A DNA stretch of 64,000 bases from contig NC_081366.1 in assembly GCF_030684315.1 (NCBI RefSeq), positions 7,192,001-7,256,000 on the forward strand, given 5' to 3'. The notes beneath the pieces are model-generated. The model saw only the letters and a program-made list of their open reading frames with translations, searched no databases and was not told where the DNA came from. The position numbers and the translations under genes were made by a program. This DNA comes from Stegostoma tigrinum (Eukaryota). Positions 60,671 to 64,000 of the stretch are shown here, piece after piece (the stretch's first letter is position 1; every line of letters begins with the position of its first letter).

Positions 60671-62389
60671 CATCCTTGAACTGCTGTTGCTGCCACAGTG
60701 TCCACTGTAGTGTGCTTAGCTAATATGTTTGAAATTAAGTTTAGATCGGCCTTGTTATACAAACTGCTGTCTGGTAAGTGTTGACCAGCAGTGAGTTTAA
60801 AGAGAAATTTAGCACACCTCAGCAATAGTTGATGTTGGCATTCTGGGACCTTTTAGCCAAGACATGTTAATTTCCCATGCGGTTGTCATCACTCTGCATA
60901 AGTAAGCAGTTATACAACCAACTGAGCTATGTGATTGTTTCTATATGTGCACATCACAACAACTATATGCACTCTCATTCTTGTTCTTTTTTATTGGAGG
61001 AAACAGCTTCTTCCTATCTTCTCAAAGCTGCTATGAACAAGGCAAACCTTCGAAAAACATGTCAAGGAGATTGCCTAGATGTTAAATTTTCTTATTTTTG
61101 AGGCATGTGCCAGATGTTGTATTCCAGATGTAATTCAATTTATCAAACTATCAAGCTTGAAGCAACACATTTTATTCGCACATGACAGTCAAAATACAGA
61201 CACATTAAAAACAAGAGAAAATATTCAGCTAAAATGTAACTGAAATACTTAACAAAATCATAAACTACTTATTCACTGTTTCAATATAATAACAGTTCAT
61301 AAGCATACCTGTGGCAGAGGGAAATTCAGTAACATGGATCGACTCACATGCATTTCCAGCTGCAAGAAGACAACTCCTGCTTTTAGCAGAGGCAAAAGGT
61401 GGTGTATGCTTGTGGAGCCGGGGCGGGGGGGAGGTGGTGGTGGTGGCGAGAGAGAGAGGGGGGGATGTAATGGCTTTCATAACCCCAATAGCTACTGAAA
61501 GCTAAAGGTCAAATCGTAAAAAAAATCAAATTTGGCTTGAAGCAGACTGCTCTGCACATCTGCGTTAATCTCTCTTCATAAGAAAATGACAAAATATAAC
61601 TTTTAGAGCCATAATATCATTACATCTCCAATGTTAAAAAAGACCATTAATCCAAAGTTGGCTTCATTTATAAGAGCATTTAGCCATACACTTATTTTTT
61701 ACAGCATATCTATTACATTGACTCTAAGCATGCAAGCATTCACTACTACCATCCGCTTCAGTCCATTTTTCCCATCACAGAATGCCCCATCTTCCTTCAT
61801 TAAAGTCATGACAAGACATCAGCAATCACATTCTTTTGTCCTGCAAAGTGTATATTTTTTATTTTGAAATGGATGGCTGCTATAATAATCTCAATTTAAA
61901 TTGTCCAAAATTTTTATCTTTTTTTTCTAAAAACTTTGAGAGGTTCAGATCGGTGTACATAACTGTCTCACACACAATACTGGTAATATAAATGTGGAAA
62001 TGGCGCAATGCCAGCACAAAACTCAATGTCTCCTTCTGAATTGTGCCTTTTTTTTTGATTATTTACTTATCTGGAAAAATAACCAATAGGTGTTTCTGTA
62101 TTCTCATTATCTTTTTGCAAGAGTACAGCACCAATATTCACAGGGCTTTTTATTGTCAGCTACTTTGAATGGTTTTGCATAATCAAGTGTGGCTAACATT
62201 GATGGAGTGGTTAACACAGCTTTCAGACTGTGAAATGCCTTCTGATATTCCTTCATCCACTTGTTTTATGCACTTGTTCAACAATCAGTAGAGCAAGCAC
62301 ACTGCTAAAATTAGGTATGAACTTCTCATAAAAACCACACAGACTCTGCAATCATAGTTCTTCCCTCTTCATCGTTTGTATTTTCTTTA

Positions 62390-62740
62390 TTCTTTAGCAG
62401 GATGAGGGCATCGCTGGATAAGCAGCCTTTATTGTCCACCCCAATTGCCCAGAGCGCCGTTCAGTGTCAGCCACATTGCTGTGAGTCTGGAGTCACATGT
62501 AGGACAGACAAGGTAAGGATGACAGTTTCCATCCCTAAAGGACATCAATAAATACAAAAAGAGGTTTTCAAACAATCAACAACGGATTCATGGCCATCAT
62601 TTGATGCTTAAAGACAGATAATTTAGTTAATTCAAATCCTACCATCTGCCATGACAGCATTCAAACCCAGGTCCCCAGAATGTTATCTGGATCTCTAATT
62701 AACAGTCCAACAATAATACCATGAGGCTATTGTCTCCCCG
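62390..62740 (-). mobile_element. tRNA-derived shark SINE, best-preserved copy
   Basis: GATGAGGGCATCGCTGG...TCTGGAGTCACATGTAGG...ACCATCTGCCATG..ATTCAAACCCAGGTCCCCAGAA, with a B-box-like GGGTTTGAAT on the minus strand. Confidence 0.65.
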
Positions 62741-62807
62741 TGCATGTATGGGAAACTCTACAAAAACTTTTGTTTGCACATCCTGAGGGACTATTTGAAT
62801 ATAAAAC

Positions 62808-63900
62808 ATGGAACATAGAACATAGAACAATACAGTGCAGAACAGGCCCTTCAGTCCTTGATGTTGCGCTGACCTGTGAACTAATCTAAGCCCCTCCCCC
62901 TACACTATCCCTTCATCATCCATATGCTTATCCAAGGACTGTTTAAATGCCCCTAATGTGGCAGAGTTATCTACATTGGCAGGCAGGGTGTTCCACACCC
63001 TTATCACTCTCTGAGTAAAGAATCTGCCTCTGACATATGTCTTAAATCTATCACCCCTCAATTTGTAGTTATGTCCCCTTGTACAAGCTGAAGTCATCAT
63101 CCTCAGAAAAAGACTCTCACTGTCCACCCTATCTAATCCTGAAATCATCTTGTATGTCTCTATTAAATCCCCTCTTAGCCTCCTTCTCTCCAATGAGGAC
63201 AGACCCAAGTCCCTCAGCCTTTCTTCATAGGGCCTGTGCTCCAGACCAGGCAACATCCTGGTAGATCTCCTTTTCACCTTTTCCAATGCTTCCACATCCT
63301 TCCTGTAATGGTGTGACCAGAACTGCATACAATATTACAAATGAGGCCACACTAGCATTTTGTACAGTTGCAGCATGACATCACAGCTCTGGAACTTAGT
63401 CTCTCTAGAACTTAACACACCATAAGCCTTCTTAACAGCGTTATCAACCTGGGTGGCAACTTTCAGGGGTCTATGTACATGGACACCAAGATCGGTCTGC
63501 ACATCCACACTACCAAGAATCTTTCCATTGACCCGGTATTCTGCCTTCCTATTATTCCTCCCACCATCACCTCACATTTATCCGCATTAAACTCCATTTG
63601 CCACCTTTCAACCCAATTCTGCAGTTTATCCATGTCTCCCTGCAACCTGCAACATTCTTCCACACTGTCCACCACTCCACCAACTTTAGTGTCATCTGCA
63701 AACTTACTAACCCATCCACCTATGCCTGCGTCCAAGTCATTTATAAAAATGGCAAACAGTAGTGGTCCCAAAACAGATCCTTGAGGCACACCACTAGTGA
63801 CCTGACTCCAGGCTGAATATTTTCCATCAACCACCACTCGTTGCCTTCATGCAGAAAGCCAGATTCTAATCCAAACTGCTAAATCTCCCTCAATCCCGTG
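62808..63900 (-). mobile_element. CR1-clade LINE 3' fragment (HER1-like), relatively well preserved
   Basis: VTSGVPQGSVLGPLLFAIFINDLD, SKFADDTK, LERRRLRGDLIETYK, TRGH, FFTQRV and a (CATAGAA)n-type tail at 62808-62828. Confidence 0.9.
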
Positions 63901-64000
63901 CCAATCCCATATCTAATAATGTGGTTTAGAATAGGGTCTGGGGTTTTTATGAACTCATTTTTGTCCAGATTTATCACCTAGGCTGCCTGCCAAAATTGAT

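Noticed and set aside
55500-64000. A fourth protocadherin exon or constant exons in the distal part of the window
   Set aside because: No cadherin motifs, CSE or recognisable constant-region peptide were found by eye; small exons cannot be fully excluded.

Overview
AT-rich vertebrate DNA, most likely from a cartilaginous fish (shark), judged from the repeat families; the species cannot be established from sequence alone. The window holds three tandem clustered-protocadherin large exons on the minus strand (5445-7817, 24992-27379, 52794-55184). Each encodes a signal peptide, six cadherin repeats, a TM segment and a short tail, and each has a near-identical CGCT-box/CSE promoter element about 250-280 bp upstream. 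All three end in an aligned TAA with no good splice donor, so they look like single-exon, beta-type genes. The genes sit in large (roughly 20-28 kb) tandemly duplicated units whose intergenic DNA is paralogous, and they show patchwork similarity suggestive of gene conversion. Intergenic DNA is dense with retroelements: CR1, L2 and RTE LINE remnants, two Gypsy remnants, tRNA-derived SINEs, a Penelope GIY-YIG element and a near full-length decayed Tx1-clade LINE. The most unusual signals are (i) many Penelope-type minimal hammerhead ribozyme motifs in short dispersed elements, (ii) a Tx1 LINE nested in a Penelope terminal repeat with its poly(A) joined at the hammerhead loop II/stem II boundary, and (iii) two local inverted duplications. 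All alignments were done by eye, and repeat boundaries are approximate.
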